DNA of 63,966 nucleotides, from positions 97,343,644 through 97,407,609 of the forward strand of contig NC_057718.1 of the NCBI RefSeq assembly GCF_004010195.1, read 5' to 3'. Under the pieces are notes generated by a model. That model had not been told where the DNA came from, made no database searches, and saw nothing but the letters and a program-made list of their open reading frames with translations. Position numbers and translations under genes: made by a program. The DNA comes from Chiloscyllium plagiosum (taxonomy: Eukaryota). Position 1 is the stretch's first letter. Each line of letters begins with the position of its first letter. Of this stretch, positions 25,170-38,150 are shown piece after piece.

Positions 25170-26085
25170 AGCTAAATACCTGGAGTACAGGGGTTATGTT
25201 ATGAGGAGAAGTCATACAAATTAAAGCTGTTCCCTCCAAAATTTAGAAGGTTAAGGGGTGATCTGATTGAAATCTTCAGGACAAGACAGGGCAGATAAAG
25301 ATGAACTTTATCAACTGCTTGGGGATTCTAGAACTGGGAACTCTGAGAAATAGGGCCAGAACATCCAGGAGCGATGTTAGGAAGCACTTTTACACACAAA
25401 AAGTGGTAGATGTTTGGAACTCTCTTCCATAATTAGCAATGAAGGCTGGATCAGGTGCTAATCTTAAATCTGAGGTGTTTCTTTGTCATGCAAAAGTATT
25501 AAGGGATATGGGCCAAAGACAGGGAAATGGAGTTAGCCCACAGACCAACCATTATCATCCCAATATAGAAAGGATATTATTAAACTAGCAAGAGTGCAGA
25601 AAAAATTTACCAGGAATAACCTGGACTGGAAGGTTTGTGTTATAAGGAGAGGTTGGGACTTTTTTCCCTGGAGCAGAGGAGACTTTATAAAGGTCTATAC
25701 AATCATGAGGCATAGATAAGGTAGATAGCCAACAGCTTGGTAGGGGAGTCTAAAACGAAAGGGCATAGGTTTAAGGTGAGAGAGGAGAGGTACAAAATGG
25801 TCCAGAGGGGGCAATTCTTTTCACACAGAGGGTGGTGAGTGTCTGGAACATGCTGCCAGAGGTAGTGGTGGAAGTGAGTACAATTTTATCATTGAAAAAC
25901 ATTTAGACAGCTAAATGGATGGGATAGGGATGGAGGGATATGGACCAAATGCAAGCAAACTGGGCGGCATTGGGAAGTTGGGCTGAAGGGCCTGTTTCCA
26001 TGCTGTAGACCTCTATGACTCTGTCTCATTAAAGAGTGGAACAGGCTTGAGTGAACAGGCTGAATGGCTTGTTTCCCTCTCTATG
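25170..26085 (+). mobile_element. Two nested CR1 3' fragments
   Basis: 'agaaggttaaggggtgatctgattgaa' and an inner copy 25560-26022 ending 'gggcctgtttccatgctgtagacctctatgact'. Confidence 0.8.
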
Positions 26086-27254
26086 TTTTTAACATCCATA
26101 ATTGTGCACTCCCCAGTTGGTGTCGTGGAATGGATTAGGTTCTCTAGCTGATATCCAGACCAGGGATTACCTGCAGCCCTTACCGGTATAATTTAGCCCA
26201 CATCTAGTAGGAGAACAAGTCAAGTGGATGGGATTATCAAGAAAGCTGTCATTGGAGAAGGCTGCATTGCCTTGGATGGTACCATATGTAGCATTCTATG
26301 GCTTGAGATCTCCAGCAGAAACAGATCTTGCCCACTTCATTTCAATCTAATATTGTTCAATTCAATTCAAATTTATGGTCCATTTGGAAATGCACTGAGA
26401 ATTCATTGGTCATTCATCAAAAGCTACAGATAATGAACAATGGAAGAGAAAACTTACATCATCACATCAAAAGTCTGACGCTGATTACATACATCCTAAA
26501 GATTGCTTGAGGTCTGTGAGGTAGCAAATTTGCAAGTTCATATTTCAAGTCAGCTGACATTTAGTCAAAATTTATAAATTAGATATTTAATAGTTTATAA
26601 ACAGCTTTCAGCTCTGAGAAAAGATAATCAATACAAAGCATTATAATGTAGGTCATTCTCTCTCCACAGATGCTGCCAGCATTGCTGAGCATTTCCAGGT
26701 TTTTATGCTTTGACTTGCTCTCTCTCAGCTTGGGCAGTAACTTTTGTTTGCTGTCCGTACCAGGGTTGTGTTGCCCTTCCCAATGGGACAGTCCTGGCTC
26801 TACTTAAAGGAGGCTTCATAACCTGTCAGAGAGTGGCCGCTCATTAAAAAGCAAAATACCGCGGGTTCTAGAAATCTGAAATAAAAACTGGAAGTGCCAG
26901 AGCAACTCAGCAGGTCTGACAGTTTGGGTGGAGAGAGAAACAGCGTTAACATTTGACTTGTGTGACCTATATTCCAAGGTGGCCACTCATTCCAGAGAAG
27001 TACAATCATTCTCTTAGTGCCTGGGGAATTTGAACCTTGGCAGTGATCGGAGGGAAGGAAATTAAAATTAATTCTGAAGGAGGAAGCAACAGCAAAAGAA
27101 GGGGCAAGTGCAAAGGATTCCCTTCAACATGGCTCTGAGGGTCTCTGGGAAGGCAGGGCTCTGTCACTCTCCAATCTGCTAAAGCCTGTATGTAGGTAAT
27201 CTCTGCCACGAATGTATGATAACCTACTAATCTCAACAAACCCCACAGCGTCAG

Positions 27255-27775
27255 CATGGCTCACTGAATTACACTCTCTGAGTCTCCAGGCTCAAGCCCC
27301 ACTTCACCACAGACCCAGTGCAGTGCTGCTGGAGTGCTGTACTGTCAGAGATGCTAACCATGTTGGGCCTGGCGATAAATTGAGGTCTCATCTCCCTGCT
27401 GATGTGATGGACCCCACAGCATTATTTTGTAGAAGGAAGGGGTGTTGTCTCTGGTGTTCCTGGCCAGTATTTATCTTTCAATCAACATCACAAAAAAAAA
27501 CCACCCAAGACCATTGCTGTTTTGGGGGAGTTTACAGTGTACAAGTTGGCACCTACGTTTACAAAGTTACAGCTCCGAAAGTACCTCATTGGCTGCAAAA
27601 TGCCATGGAGAAAGTGAGGCCTGCGGATGCTGCACATCAGAGTTGAAAAGCACAGCAGGTCAGGCAGCATCCGAGGAGGAGGAAAGTCAACGTTTCGGGC
27701 ATAAGCCTTCATCAGGAATGGCTTGAGACATCAGGTGGCTCTGAAAAATGCTACGTAAATGCAAACCTTTTATTT
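27255..27775 (+). mobile_element. DeuSINE/SacSINE1-like element with a PLE terminal-repeat insertion (27615-27720)
   Basis: 'gagtgctgtactgtcagag...tcctggccagtatttatc...cattggctgcaaaatg...taaatgcaa'. The insert is 'aaagcacagcaggtcaggcagc...ccttcatcaggaat'. Confidence 0.7.
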
Positions 27776-28349
27776 CAGCAGAGAGCATCCCTGTGGGTAA
27801 GCTTTGGAGGAAGTTGATCTCTGCTGCAGAATGATGGAGTATTTCTTGGTGAGATGTCCGTGCGGGAGCTGTAAATTGTGGAGCGCAGTATTGTACGATT
27901 CAAATGATGGCTAAAGAATTAGGCAAAAGAAAATTCACTAAACTCGAGGGGCAACTGAGATAACCAATGTGAAAATGAAAGCCTCCACATGTTAAATTAA
28001 GTAGCAGGCAGATACAACGCTTCTGAGGACAGTGATGTCTTGGTATGCTATTTTTTTAAGAGTTCATTTTGCAGCTTTGAAGTGATCGTGACCCCGTGGA
28101 CTTCCAACAGTCTGTCATAGTAATCAAATCCTGAGGCAACATAATTCCAGTATTCGGATTTTCAGAAGGAAATTAATTTTTTCTCTTCTCTACGCAATGC
28201 TTCCTCGCAGTTAAATGTTCTGGTGTCTTCCAGCTCCAACATCTGCCGACAATTTAAAACGAAAACCAACTGATTCAGAATTGTTGTTCAGTGTGAGTTT
28301 GGTGGGGGATCTAGAATTCTTGGCAAGTTACAATCGATGTAGAATGAAG

Positions 28350-28545
28350 AGGTCAGTTAGCTCCGTTGGCTGGATGGCTGGTTTGTGATGTCACTTGTGC
28401 AAGTCCAATTCCTGTGCTGGCTGCAGTCACCACAAACTCACTACCATCTCAAACTTGGTCCTCGCCTGAGGCATGGTGACCTTCAGGTGAAATCTACCAT
28501 CAGTCTCTCTAATGAGAGAACAACCTCTGGGACCATAGATACATT
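28350..28545 (+). mobile_element. tRNA-derived SINE (same family as 208-418)
   Basis: 'ggtcagttagctccgttggctggatggctgg...cctcgcctgaggcatggtgacc'. Confidence 0.65.
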
Positions 28546-28567
28546 ACGTAAAAGTGATTATCACATC

Positions 28568-29102
28568 TTAGAATCATAGAGATGTACAGCACGGAAACAG
28601 ACCCTTTGGTCCAACTCATCCATACTGACCAGATATTCTAAATGAATCTAGTCCCATTTGCTAGCACTTAGCCCATATCCCTCTAAACCCTTCCTATTCA
28701 TTTCCACATCCAGATGCCTTTTAAATGTTGTAATTGTATAAACCTCCACCACTTCCCAAATAGCTCATTCCATACATGCACCACCAGCTGTGTGAAAAAG
28801 TTGCCCCTTTGATCCCTTTTAAATACTTCCCTTCTCACCCTAAATCTATACCCTCGAGTTCTGGACTCCCCCATCCCAGGGAAAAGACCTTGTGTATTTA
28901 CCCAATCCATGCCCTTCATGGTTTTATAAACCTCTATAAGGTCACCCCTCAGCCTCTGATGCTCCAGATAAAACAACCCCTACCTATTCAACCTCTCCCA
29001 ATAGCTCAAACCCTCCAACCCTGGCAACATCCTTGTCAATCTGTTCTGAACCCTTTCAAGCTTCACAACATCCTTCCGATAGGATGGAGACCAGAACTGC
29101 AA
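28568..29102 (-). mobile_element. HER1/CR1 LINE 3' end
   Basis: QFWSPSYRKDVVKLERVQ; RLRGDLIEVYK. Confidence 0.95.
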
Positions 29103-29649
29103 GCAATTTCCATCTTGGGGAGCAACAATGGAAGCCTCATTGTGTGAACGTGGTGCAGAGCAGAAAGGAAATCTATTGAATTTCCTTCCATCTTCAAATG
29201 CTTTACCTCTCACAAAGACAAGTAAAAGAAACATTTGGCTCACTTTACCATGTCCATCCACATAAAGAAATCTATCAAGTCCCAAAGCATCTGATGAGCC
29301 CTTCAAGGCATTTGTTGCCACTAGTCTACCTGTACATCTGTTCCGAGTGTGGACTGTGAAGAAAGGTCTTCCTGAAGTGCAAACTCGAAGCAGGAGTAGG
29401 TCTTCCAACCCCTTGAGACTGTTCCACATCCTTGTTTTGTGCAGTTCATGGTATTTGGGTGTCTCGGTCTGGGCCAGTGTTTAATGCTTGAAGTGAGCAG
29501 TTAGCAACAATTGCTGTGGGTCTGGAGTCACATGAAAAGACTGCAGATTTACTTACTGAAAGGGCATTCAGTAGTGCTTACATGGTTGCCCATTAGCTCT
29601 GTTTCAGTGCTGTACATCTCTGTGACTCTGTTAATGTCATTACAGTTTG

Positions 29650-30495
29650 ATACTTCTGACCTTATCCTCAGTGGTTCCATTGATCTCTAAGATCACATCT
29701 GAACTCCAATGGATATAGGTCCAATTTGTCCACTCTTTCCGCATAAGATAACCCCCACATCCCAAGCAAGTAAGTCTTTTCTGAACTGATTCAAATGCAA
29801 TTTTGTCCTGTCTTAAATGAGGAAACCAAACCAATCAAGATTACTCAGTGTGACCTCACCAATACCCTGCACAGCTATAACCAATCTTACCCACTTACAT
29901 ATTCCATTCCCTTTGCAATAAATGACAATGTTCCACTTGCCTTCCTAATCACTTGCTGTATCTGCATATTAACCTTTTGGTGAGTCATGTCCCAGGATGA
30001 AAGTCCTAAATTTACCTTTTCCCACCCCACCCTCCAAAAAAAAATAGATACCTCCTTTCTTGAATTTGGACTCTGGGCTTATACTTGATGGAGTTTAGAA
30101 AGCTATGGGGGGAATCTAATTGAGAAACTTACAGAATACTGAATGGCCTGGCTGGAGTGGATGTTGGGAAGATGTTTCCATTGGGAGGAGAGATTAGGAC
30201 CCGAGGGCACAGCCTTAGGGTAAAGGGAAGACATTTTAGAATGGAGATGTGGAGAAACTTCTTCAGCTAGAGAGTGGGGAATCGATGGAGTTCATTGCCA
30301 CAGAAGGCTATGGAGGCCAGATTATTGCATACATTTAAGATGGAGATGGATAGGTTCTTGAGTATCAAGGGGATCAAGGCTTATGGGGAGAAAGTAGGAG
30401 AATGGGGTTGAGAAACTTATCGGCCATGATTGAATAGCAGAGGAGACTCAATGGGGCTGAATGGCCTAATTTCAGCTCTTATGTCTTATGGTCTA
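29650..30495. mobile_element. Old CR1 fragments (- at 29650-30000, + at 30075-30495)
   Basis: 'cattccctttgcaataaatgacaat' and 'ggagaaacttcttcagctagagagtg...tgaatggcctaatt'. Confidence 0.7.
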
Positions 30496-30916
30496 ATGGC
30501 TGCAGTTTGTCTCCGAGTGGCCTTCAGGTAGTTACTTTCAGCTCAGTGTCTCACACTTGTGTTTCTGAGCCAGAGGGTTGTGAATTCAAGGCACTTCATT
30601 ATAGCATTCAAGGGCAACGTTGTGGTCACATCATCAACATAGTTACATCTCTCCGAGGACTGCACTGTCGGAAATGTCACCTTTTGGATGAGATGGTCAT
30701 AGAATCTGCAACTGCAAACCAGAAAATAACCCGACTGGTGAAGTCCCTGCTCCCCATCTCCCACGTTAAACCTGGACAATGTCAACCACTTGGGGAAGAC
30801 GTAGCCATCTGGGGCATGGTAGGCAGCTCACTTTGTCATCTTGACCATCCAGGTCAGACCATTGAGCCCTCTGCCTCAGGAGATCCATGCCTATTGGCTT
30901 CACAACCCTTCACACT

Positions 30917-31551
30917 CATAGAATCCCTACAGTGTGGAAACAGGCCATTTGGCCCAACAAGTTCACACTGACCCTCCAAAGAGTAAACCACCTAGACCCA
31001 TTCCCCTATCCTATTACTCTACATTTACCCCTGACTAATGCGCCTACCTACATAGGGTGGCACAGTGGTTAGCACTGCTGCCTCACAGCACCAGAGACCT
31101 GGGTTCAATTCCCGCCTCAGGCAACTGTCTGTGTAGAGTTGCACATTCTCCCTTTGTCTGTGTGGGTTTTCTCCGGATGCTCCGGTTTCCTCCCACAGCC
31201 CAAAAATGTTCAGGTTAGGTGAATTGCTAAATTGCCCGTCATGTTAGGTGAAGAGGTATAGGGGAATAGTTCTGGGTTGGTTGCTCTTCAGAGGGTCGAT
31301 GTGGACTTGTTGGGTTGAAAGGCCTGTTTCCACACTGTAAGTAATCTAATCTAATCACTACAGGGCAATTTAGCATGGCCAATTCACGTTAACCTCCACA
31401 CCTTTAGATTGTGGGAGGAAACTGGAACACCTGGTGGAAACCCACGCAGACACAGGGAGAATCTGCAAACTCCACACAGTCAGTCACCCGAGGCTGGAAT
31501 CAAACTGGGGTCCCTGGTGCTGTGAGGCAGCGGTGCTAACCACTGTTCCAC
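30917..31551 (-). mobile_element. HE1 SINE split by an opposite-strand HE1
   Basis: Outer halves 30917-31054 and 31357-31551 are contiguous in the consensus. Confidence 0.9.
31055..31356 (+). mobile_element. HE1 SINE (nested, young tail type)
   Basis: 'gggtggcacagtggttagc...gtaagtaatctaatctaatc'. Confidence 0.95.
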
Positions 31552-32039
31552 ATCGCTTTGACAAAAGCCAAGAAATGGATTGTGAGCTCTTCCAACATGT
31601 GTACTGTCACAAATCTTTGTCGACTGACCAGAGTTACAGGGATAAATATTTACAGGCCTTATATGCCTATGCCCGAAAGCACGTTGAAGCTTAATGAACA
31701 CGGTACATTCAAATGAAAGGCTGCTGTGTATCCAAAGTGACAGCACTGACAGATACACCACAGGGCCTGGTGTGACACAAAGACGAGAGGACAAACTGTC
31801 ATCTTTCGGTCACCCTCTTGTTAACAGTATTGCATGTGAATCATATCTTTCAGACTGTGATAAATTTTGATGTTTTGTCGCATGGTTGCAGAGGTTGAGT
31901 GATTAAGTATGTTCAAGGCTGAGAGAAATAGATATTTAATCAATAAGGATTTCAAGGGCATGGGGAAAAGGCAGGAAAGTGGAGCCAAAGTTGATTAGTA
32001 ATCTAAAACAAAGAACAGTCCATGCAGGAGATCCTCAAC

Positions 32040-32195
32040 AAAACCAGAAATGGCTTGAGAAACTCAGCAGGTCTGGCAGCATCTGTGGAGAGAAACTAGT
32101 TCTCAAGAAAGGTCGCTGGACTTGAAATGTTAACTCTGTCTTTCTGTCTCCACAGATGCTGCCAGACCTGCTGAGTTTTTCTAGCTATTTCCAGA
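32040..32195. mobile_element. Fold-back PLE-derived short element inside a CR1 3' UTR
   Basis: 'aaactcagcaggtctggcagcatctgtggagag' / 'tctccacagatgctgccagacctgctgagttt'. Confidence 0.8.
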
Positions 32196-32671
32196 TCAGA
32201 GCAGATAGGCTATAATCTCATTGGATGGCAGAGCAGACTCGATGGGCTGAATGACCTACCGCTACTCCTTTGTCTTATGGTCTTAACGAGGGCGACCTGA
32301 GTGATTGTCCCAACCATTGAGGCACCACTCAGCAGGGCATCTTGGTAAATGTATTGGCTGGTCATGCTGGTGTTGGACAGCAGGTGTTGGCTGAACCCAT
32401 CCGCCAGCATGGGTTTCCAAAGTGGAATATCTGCAATCAGCAAGATCTTCCCATCACCATCAAACTAACAACTGCAAGTTCCTCTCCCAGTCACTCACCA
32501 TTCTGACTTTTGGAAATATTTCAGAGTTCCTTCAGCATCACTGGGTCATAATCCTGGAATTCCCTCCCTAATGGTGCTGCTGGTGTACCTATCTACACCA
32601 AATAGACTGCCGCGGTCCAAAAGGTTATCTCACCCCCTTGTTGAGGGCAATTAGGGAAGGACAGTAAATGC

Positions 32672-33085
32672 TGGCGAAAGTGAGTACTGCAGATGCTGGA
32701 GTTCAGAGCCACGATTAGAGTGGTGCTGGAAAATCATTGCAGGTCAGGCAGCATCCGAGGAGCAGGAAAATCGATATTTCAGGCAAAAACCCTTCCTCAG
32801 GAATGAGGCTGGGAGTCTTGGGAGTGGAGAGATAAATGGGAGGGGGTGATACTGGGGAGAAGGTAGCTAAGAGTGCAAAAGATGGATAGAGGTGGGGGTA
32901 AAGGTGATAGGTCAGAGAGGAGGGTGGAGCGGATAGGTGGGAAGGAAGATTGACAGATGAGACAAGTCATGAGGCTAGTGCTGAGCTGGAAGGTTGGAAC
33001 TGGGGTAAGGTGGGGGGAAGGGGAAATGAGGAAACTGGTGAAGACCACATTGATGCCCTGGGGTTGAAGGGTTCCGAGGCAGAAG
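32672..33085 (-). mobile_element. Penelope-like element 3' end plus pLTR
   Basis: ORF 32797-33147 contains FCLGTLQPQGINVVFTSFLISP (PLE endonuclease C-terminus). Hammerhead-like CTGAGGA..GAAA follows. Confidence 0.85.
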
Positions 33086-33875
33086 AAGCTGGCAGAAGAC
33101 GCAGTGATGCTCAAATCCTGTGAATGAATGAGAAATGTCATGATCAAAGGAAGCTGCCTCCATTGGATTCATCAAGAACATTCACCCATTTGAGTAGACT
33201 CTTGAAATGGCTCCCAAAGATTGACTGCTCACCAGGGGTTCAGCCGAATCACATCAATTCACCACAACATAATGACCAAGGATAACCATGGCCAGAGTGT
33301 CCGATCATCCTTCCTCTTCCAGGGCAACCCTGTTTTTGAGTTGGTTGCCCACATGAGGCAGATTGTTTGCTGCTCTGCCCCTACTTTTTGATAATTTAAT
33401 GATCATTTAAGAGACACACTATGAATGAACATAGCACTGTCCCCTTGTTGAGCTGCTCCCAAATTCAGGATAACATCTCCTTCCCCACTGCCGAATTCAG
33501 CCAAGCAAGCCCCTCGCCCCACAGTCTGGTTTCGTTTGACGACCAGCATCTCAAAGATGAACCTCATGGTCCAGGATGTTGCTATACTGCCTCCTATCAG
33601 CTTTGACGGTGTGTGATGCTTGAAGCTGGTGATTGTTTCCTGGAGGTTCTGCTACCACCTGAATCTGTCACTTGACGCTGAAGTTAGGACATGCATCAAA
33701 ACTGCTTTGTCAAAGCTGTACAAAGAGAATATGGAGCCACAACAGCTTGTCTAGGAACACCAAACAGCAAGACTAGCAAGCCGGTGTCCTCAGTGTACTC
33801 CTCCACAGAGATGAGACCTGTACAATGCACGCTGAGCAGGAGAAAGGGTTGAACAGTTTGACGTATCATCAACAT

Positions 33876-34015
33876 CGAGTCGAGAGTGTGGTGCTGGAAA
33901 AGCACAGTAGGCCAGGCTGCATCCGAGGAGCAGGAGAATCGATGTTTTGGGCATAAGCCCTTTTCCAGCACTACACTCTCGACTATGATCTCCAGCATCT
34001 TCGGTCCTCATTTTC
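33876..34015. mobile_element. Internally deleted fold-back PLE terminal repeat
   Basis: 'gtcgagagtgtggtgctggaaaag' / 'cttttccagcactacactctcgac'. Confidence 0.8.
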
Positions 34016-34069
34016 TACTGGTATCATCAGCACCCCTTGGCATGGCCAGGTCACGAAATCAGAGCCCCT

Positions 34070-34200
34070 GCAGCATGTTAAATTCATTGCATACAGAATT
34101 GCAAAGCCAGCAACATCTATGTTGGCTTGGCCGTACTCATCAGATGGGTGATGGTCTTACACAGAAAGACCTCCTGTACAATGAACTGGAACATGATCAC
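34070..34200 (+). mobile_element. RTE LINE fragment
   Basis: QQHLCWLGRTHQMGDGLTQKDLLYNEL ~ QRRLRWLGHV.RM.DGR.PKDLLYGEL. Confidence 0.7.
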
Positions 34201-34544
34201 CTGGGAATCCATACTGTTGTACGTGCAGTTTGTCTTTCAGCTAGTTCAACTTTAAGGATTCCCATGAGCCATATGTATGCAATACTACGACTCTGCCTGA
34301 CAGCTGTTGTAAGAATCACACCAGAAATCATTTTGCTTTATAGCTTATAATGTGCTCTACTGTTTTAAATGAGCTAACGCACAAAGATATTCTCCCGATG
34401 CAGCAAGTGCTGAGGAGACTGTCATACCACGATGGGGCTGCTCGACCATACCAGGTGATGCTGAGTTGATAACCAAGGAACAAACCATCATCTTCCAGTA
34501 AAGCTTCACCAAAGTACTTTGCAACAAAGCTTAGGAAGTTGGCC

Positions 34545-35090
34545 AATGAGGGAGGTTTTAAGGATTTGCCTTACAGGAGCAGCAAGAAGTTAGTGGGTTT
34601 CGGCAGTGAATTCCAGAGTTTAGGGCCTAGCCACGTAGTACAGTAGTTAAAATGGGACTGCTGAAGTGGTCATCATCAGAGGAGCACACAAATCTCTAAA
34701 TTACCCATAGTATTCAGGGATACATTGGTTAGGTGCGTTGGTCATGGGAAATGTAGGGTTATCGGGTAGGAGGATGGGTCTAGGTAGATACCTTTTGGAG
34801 GGTTGGTGCGGACTTGTTGGGCCAAATGGCTTGTTTCCACACTATAAGGATTCTGTGGTATTCTATGGTATAATTGTGGGGCTAGAGGTGGTGGCAGCAA
34901 TTAGGTGGGACAAGTTCAGGGAGGGATTTAGAAGCACAGAATAAGAAATGTAATGTCAAGGTGTTATTTAACTGGAAGCCAATGCAGGTTAGTGATCACA
35001 CAGGTGATGGGTGAACTGGACTTAGTGTGAGTTTGGAAGCAAATAGCAAAATCTTGGATAAATGACAAAAAGCAAACCTTGAATTTACAG
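34545..35090 (-). mobile_element. L2 LINE 3' relic with an HE1 3' fragment (34698-34870, +)
   Basis: THTKSSSPITCVITNLHWLPVK in ORF 34964-35146. Confidence 0.75.
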
Positions 35091-35963
35091 AGAGCGGATT
35101 GTGTGTTGGTGGAATCAGGAGAGGTGTCTACCAATTGTTTGTTCACTGTCTCTAATTTTACAGTGACGCATTAAGTGAATATTACTCCCCACCCCATCTC
35201 TGAAGAGTATGTTAGGTATCAAGTGTTAAACTTAAGCATGATGACTCCCTTTACTTGGTGTGGTGACTAATGGACGCTGACATCAAGCATTTACAATATA
35301 ATGTCTGTGTTCATTCAAGTCTGAAACTCCTGTAGAAAAGCATTGTCATATAGTCGATAGGGCAACATGTTACATAGTAATGTTAGGGTTTCCTTACACA
35401 CTATTACATTGAGAATTCTCTTTGGTATTCCTTGCCCCATGAAATGGTCATTTGGTGTACAGAACTCAGGATTCTGGCAAAATATCTTGCTGAAGGCAAG
35501 ACAAAATCCTTCAATAAATCGCGTCTTTGAACCATGAAAGTTAGGTTTCGCACCAGAGAAAATAAAGGTATTTCATTTGATTCGTAACATTACAGGCTAG
35601 AGATACATCTGTCCCTTTCTCCGTGTCCACGTATCAGTGAAGAAAGCCTTATCTTCCATCCAGTTCACTCACCCAGAATCATCCCCTGGGTATCCTCCCC
35701 ACCTTCACCACCTCCCCATCACATTGGGATCTTGGGTGACTCTAAGGTTTTTAAATGTCCCAATATTTATTCCCCATTCGGTAAAAAAGAATGTCCTATT
35801 ACCAGCTTAATCCTGCCTTTATATCTTCACCCCTTTCTTTTTCGTTACCCTTGAGGTTTATGTTGAAGCGAGATATAATCAGGGCTGTCTCTTTGTTAAT
35901 GGGATTGTGCTATGATCTGGAAAAACGGTCATTACAGGAAATTGCTCAGGGCAAATGGAAATA

Positions 35964-36422
35964 CAGTAAACTTTTTACTATCCGGCACCCAGGGGACCAG
36001 GAGTGTGTTAGTTGATCAAATATTCAGGATAATCAAAAGTCCATGTAATCAATGTAAACCACACACTAAGTAATGCAGGGGTACACACATCATTGTTATA
36101 CTTTATTTACAGTGTAAAGCACTTAAATAATAACACAACTTTGCTTTAAATATAACCTACCAGCAGAGAGCTTCTCACTCAACTGTTTACATGCATATCA
36201 CTGTAAATTGTGGTTATTGTAGTGAAATTGACTTGAATTTGAATCAACTGTTGATATTTCATGTGGCCATTTGATTCAACAACAAGTATATTCATGTTGA
36301 GGCAAACAAGTTCAGCTATAACAATTGGAAAAATAATACAGTAAACTATTTGAGGTATATAATTCTTGCCAGATTATCAAGACTGTCGGTTCATAAGGTG
36401 TTGGTTAAAAGGAAGTTTGTTG
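35964..36422. mobile_element. Old pogo/Tigger-like MITE
   Basis: Left 'ta|cagtaaactttttactatccggcacc'; degenerate right TIR 'ggtgttggttaaaaggaagtttgttg'. Confidence 0.5.
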
Positions 36423-36581
36423 TGCTGTGTAAACAGAAGGAGACATGTTATAAAAGCTTTCACATGCACTTTTCTGGACAAATGCAAGAATGCCAAATCT
36501 GAAATGATCTCTCCAATATAATTCCAGAGAAAAGGGATACTAATGTCAATGACACATCAACTTTTTTTCCTGAGGCGTATA

Positions 36582-36747
36582 CAGGGCCACCTCAATTACC
36601 CGAACGACATGAGGGGTGGGGGGAGTATTTTGTTCGGATAATCGAATGTTCGGATAACACAGTTTACCCAAGCATCTGGACCTTGAGATCTTGATCGGAT
36701 AATCCGAAATTCAGATAATTGGTGTTTGGATAACTGAGGTTGCACTG
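36582..36747. mobile_element. pogo/Tigger-like MITE, 166 bp
   Basis: TA flanks on both sides. TIRs cagggccacctcaattacccgaac / gtttggataactgaggttgcactg (19/24). Internal 'tcggataat' repeats. Confidence 0.8.
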
Positions 36748-36861
36748 TATTGCCTTCATCCATCGTAGGTCCCCACCCAATTACTGCCCTATCATCTGTT
36801 TTTGACTATCAGTAAAATGATGGAAGAGGTCATCGACAGTTGTGGTCTCACCAAGGCCTTG

Positions 36862-37160
36862 TACATTCCCAGATCCAACTCTCCAATTCGGCACCACCCT
36901 CATGAACTGTCCTACCTGTCCATCTTCCTTCCCACCTATCTGCTCCTCTCCGACCTATCACCTTCACCCCCCACCCCTCCATCTACCTATCACCTTCCCA
37001 GCTACCTTCCTCCCAGCCCCACCCCCTCTCATTGATCTATCAGCCCCCTCAGGGCCTCCCCACATGCCTGATGAAGGGCTTATGCCCGAAACATCAACTC
37101 TCCTGCTCCTCGGATGCTGCCTGACCTGCTGTGCTTTTCCAGCGCCACACTTTTCGACCC
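36862..37160 (+). mobile_element. Penelope-like pLTR
   Basis: Homologous to 32700-33000 (-). CTGATGA-A-GGGC(TTAT)GCCC-GAAA-CATC at 37068-37095. Confidence 0.85.
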
Positions 37161-38021
37161 TGTACATTTTCAGCAATACATCCCTGCTCATGTCTTCGAA
37201 TCCTATTGCTATGAAGGCCAACACACCATTTGCCTTCTTCATCACCTGCTGTGTTTGCTTGCATCTGACTCCTTGTGTTTCTCGCTTTCTGGTTGCAAGG
37301 TACAGGAGAAGTTGTGCTATCTGGCATGCATAGAAGAATCACAGTGGTGTCAGTAAACCAGAAATGCCAGTTGATGGGAGGAATACTGTCTCTGGACGCA
37401 ATCAAATCCCATTCAAACATTTAAACCTTGTCTGTAGGTATTGAGCCTGGGGATCACCTTACATGGCACATGTTGAAATCGAAAGCTGATGTACAACAGC
37501 ATGTGATTATGTATGATATACAGAAAGAGCTTTAGTTGCCTTTAGCTGTGCTGTTAATAATTATTAAAATGGACAACTGAAGCTTGACTTGCTGAGGTGA
37601 ACGGGTGTGACGCTGGAAAAGCACAGCAGGTCAGGCAGCATTCACTCGATCTCAGTCTGATCACAGTGGTGAGTATTCAAGTCCACTTTACCTCATCTTT
37701 TGAAGGCATTTTTAAAACCTATTGTTCTGTATGATGTAGGCAGGGCTGGCAAGACAATCATTGTCTAACCTTGTTGTCCAAAGAAGCTGGCATTGAATGG
37801 CCTCGTTAGACCAATTGGTCAATACAATTAAACTATTCCCACAGGTGCTGTTAGGTTGTGAGTTCTAGGATTCCAGCAACAAAGAAGGAGCAGCGATATA
37901 TTTGCAAGTCAAGAAGGTGCATGATTTGGAGGTGAACATGCAGGAGATGTTTGCTCCCACATCCCTCTTTTCCTTCACGATAGGGAGCCTGTGTGAGGTG
38001 CAGGATTCCTGGCCTGTGATC

Positions 38022-38150
38022 TAGAGTCAAGAGTGTGGTGCTGGAAAAGCACAGCAGGTCAGGCAGCCTCCGAGGAGCAGGTGAATCGATGTTTCGGGCA
38101 TAAGCCCTTCCAGCACCACGCTCTCGACTCTGATCTCCACCATCTGCAGC
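38022..38150. mobile_element. Internally deleted fold-back PLE terminal repeat
   Basis: 'gagtgtggtgctggaa' / 'ttccagcaccacgctc'. Confidence 0.8.

Noticed and set aside
28980..29429. 149-aa ORF as a host gene
   Set aside because: The C-terminal part is CR1 ORF2 and the N-terminal part matches nothing I recognise; a chance read-through.
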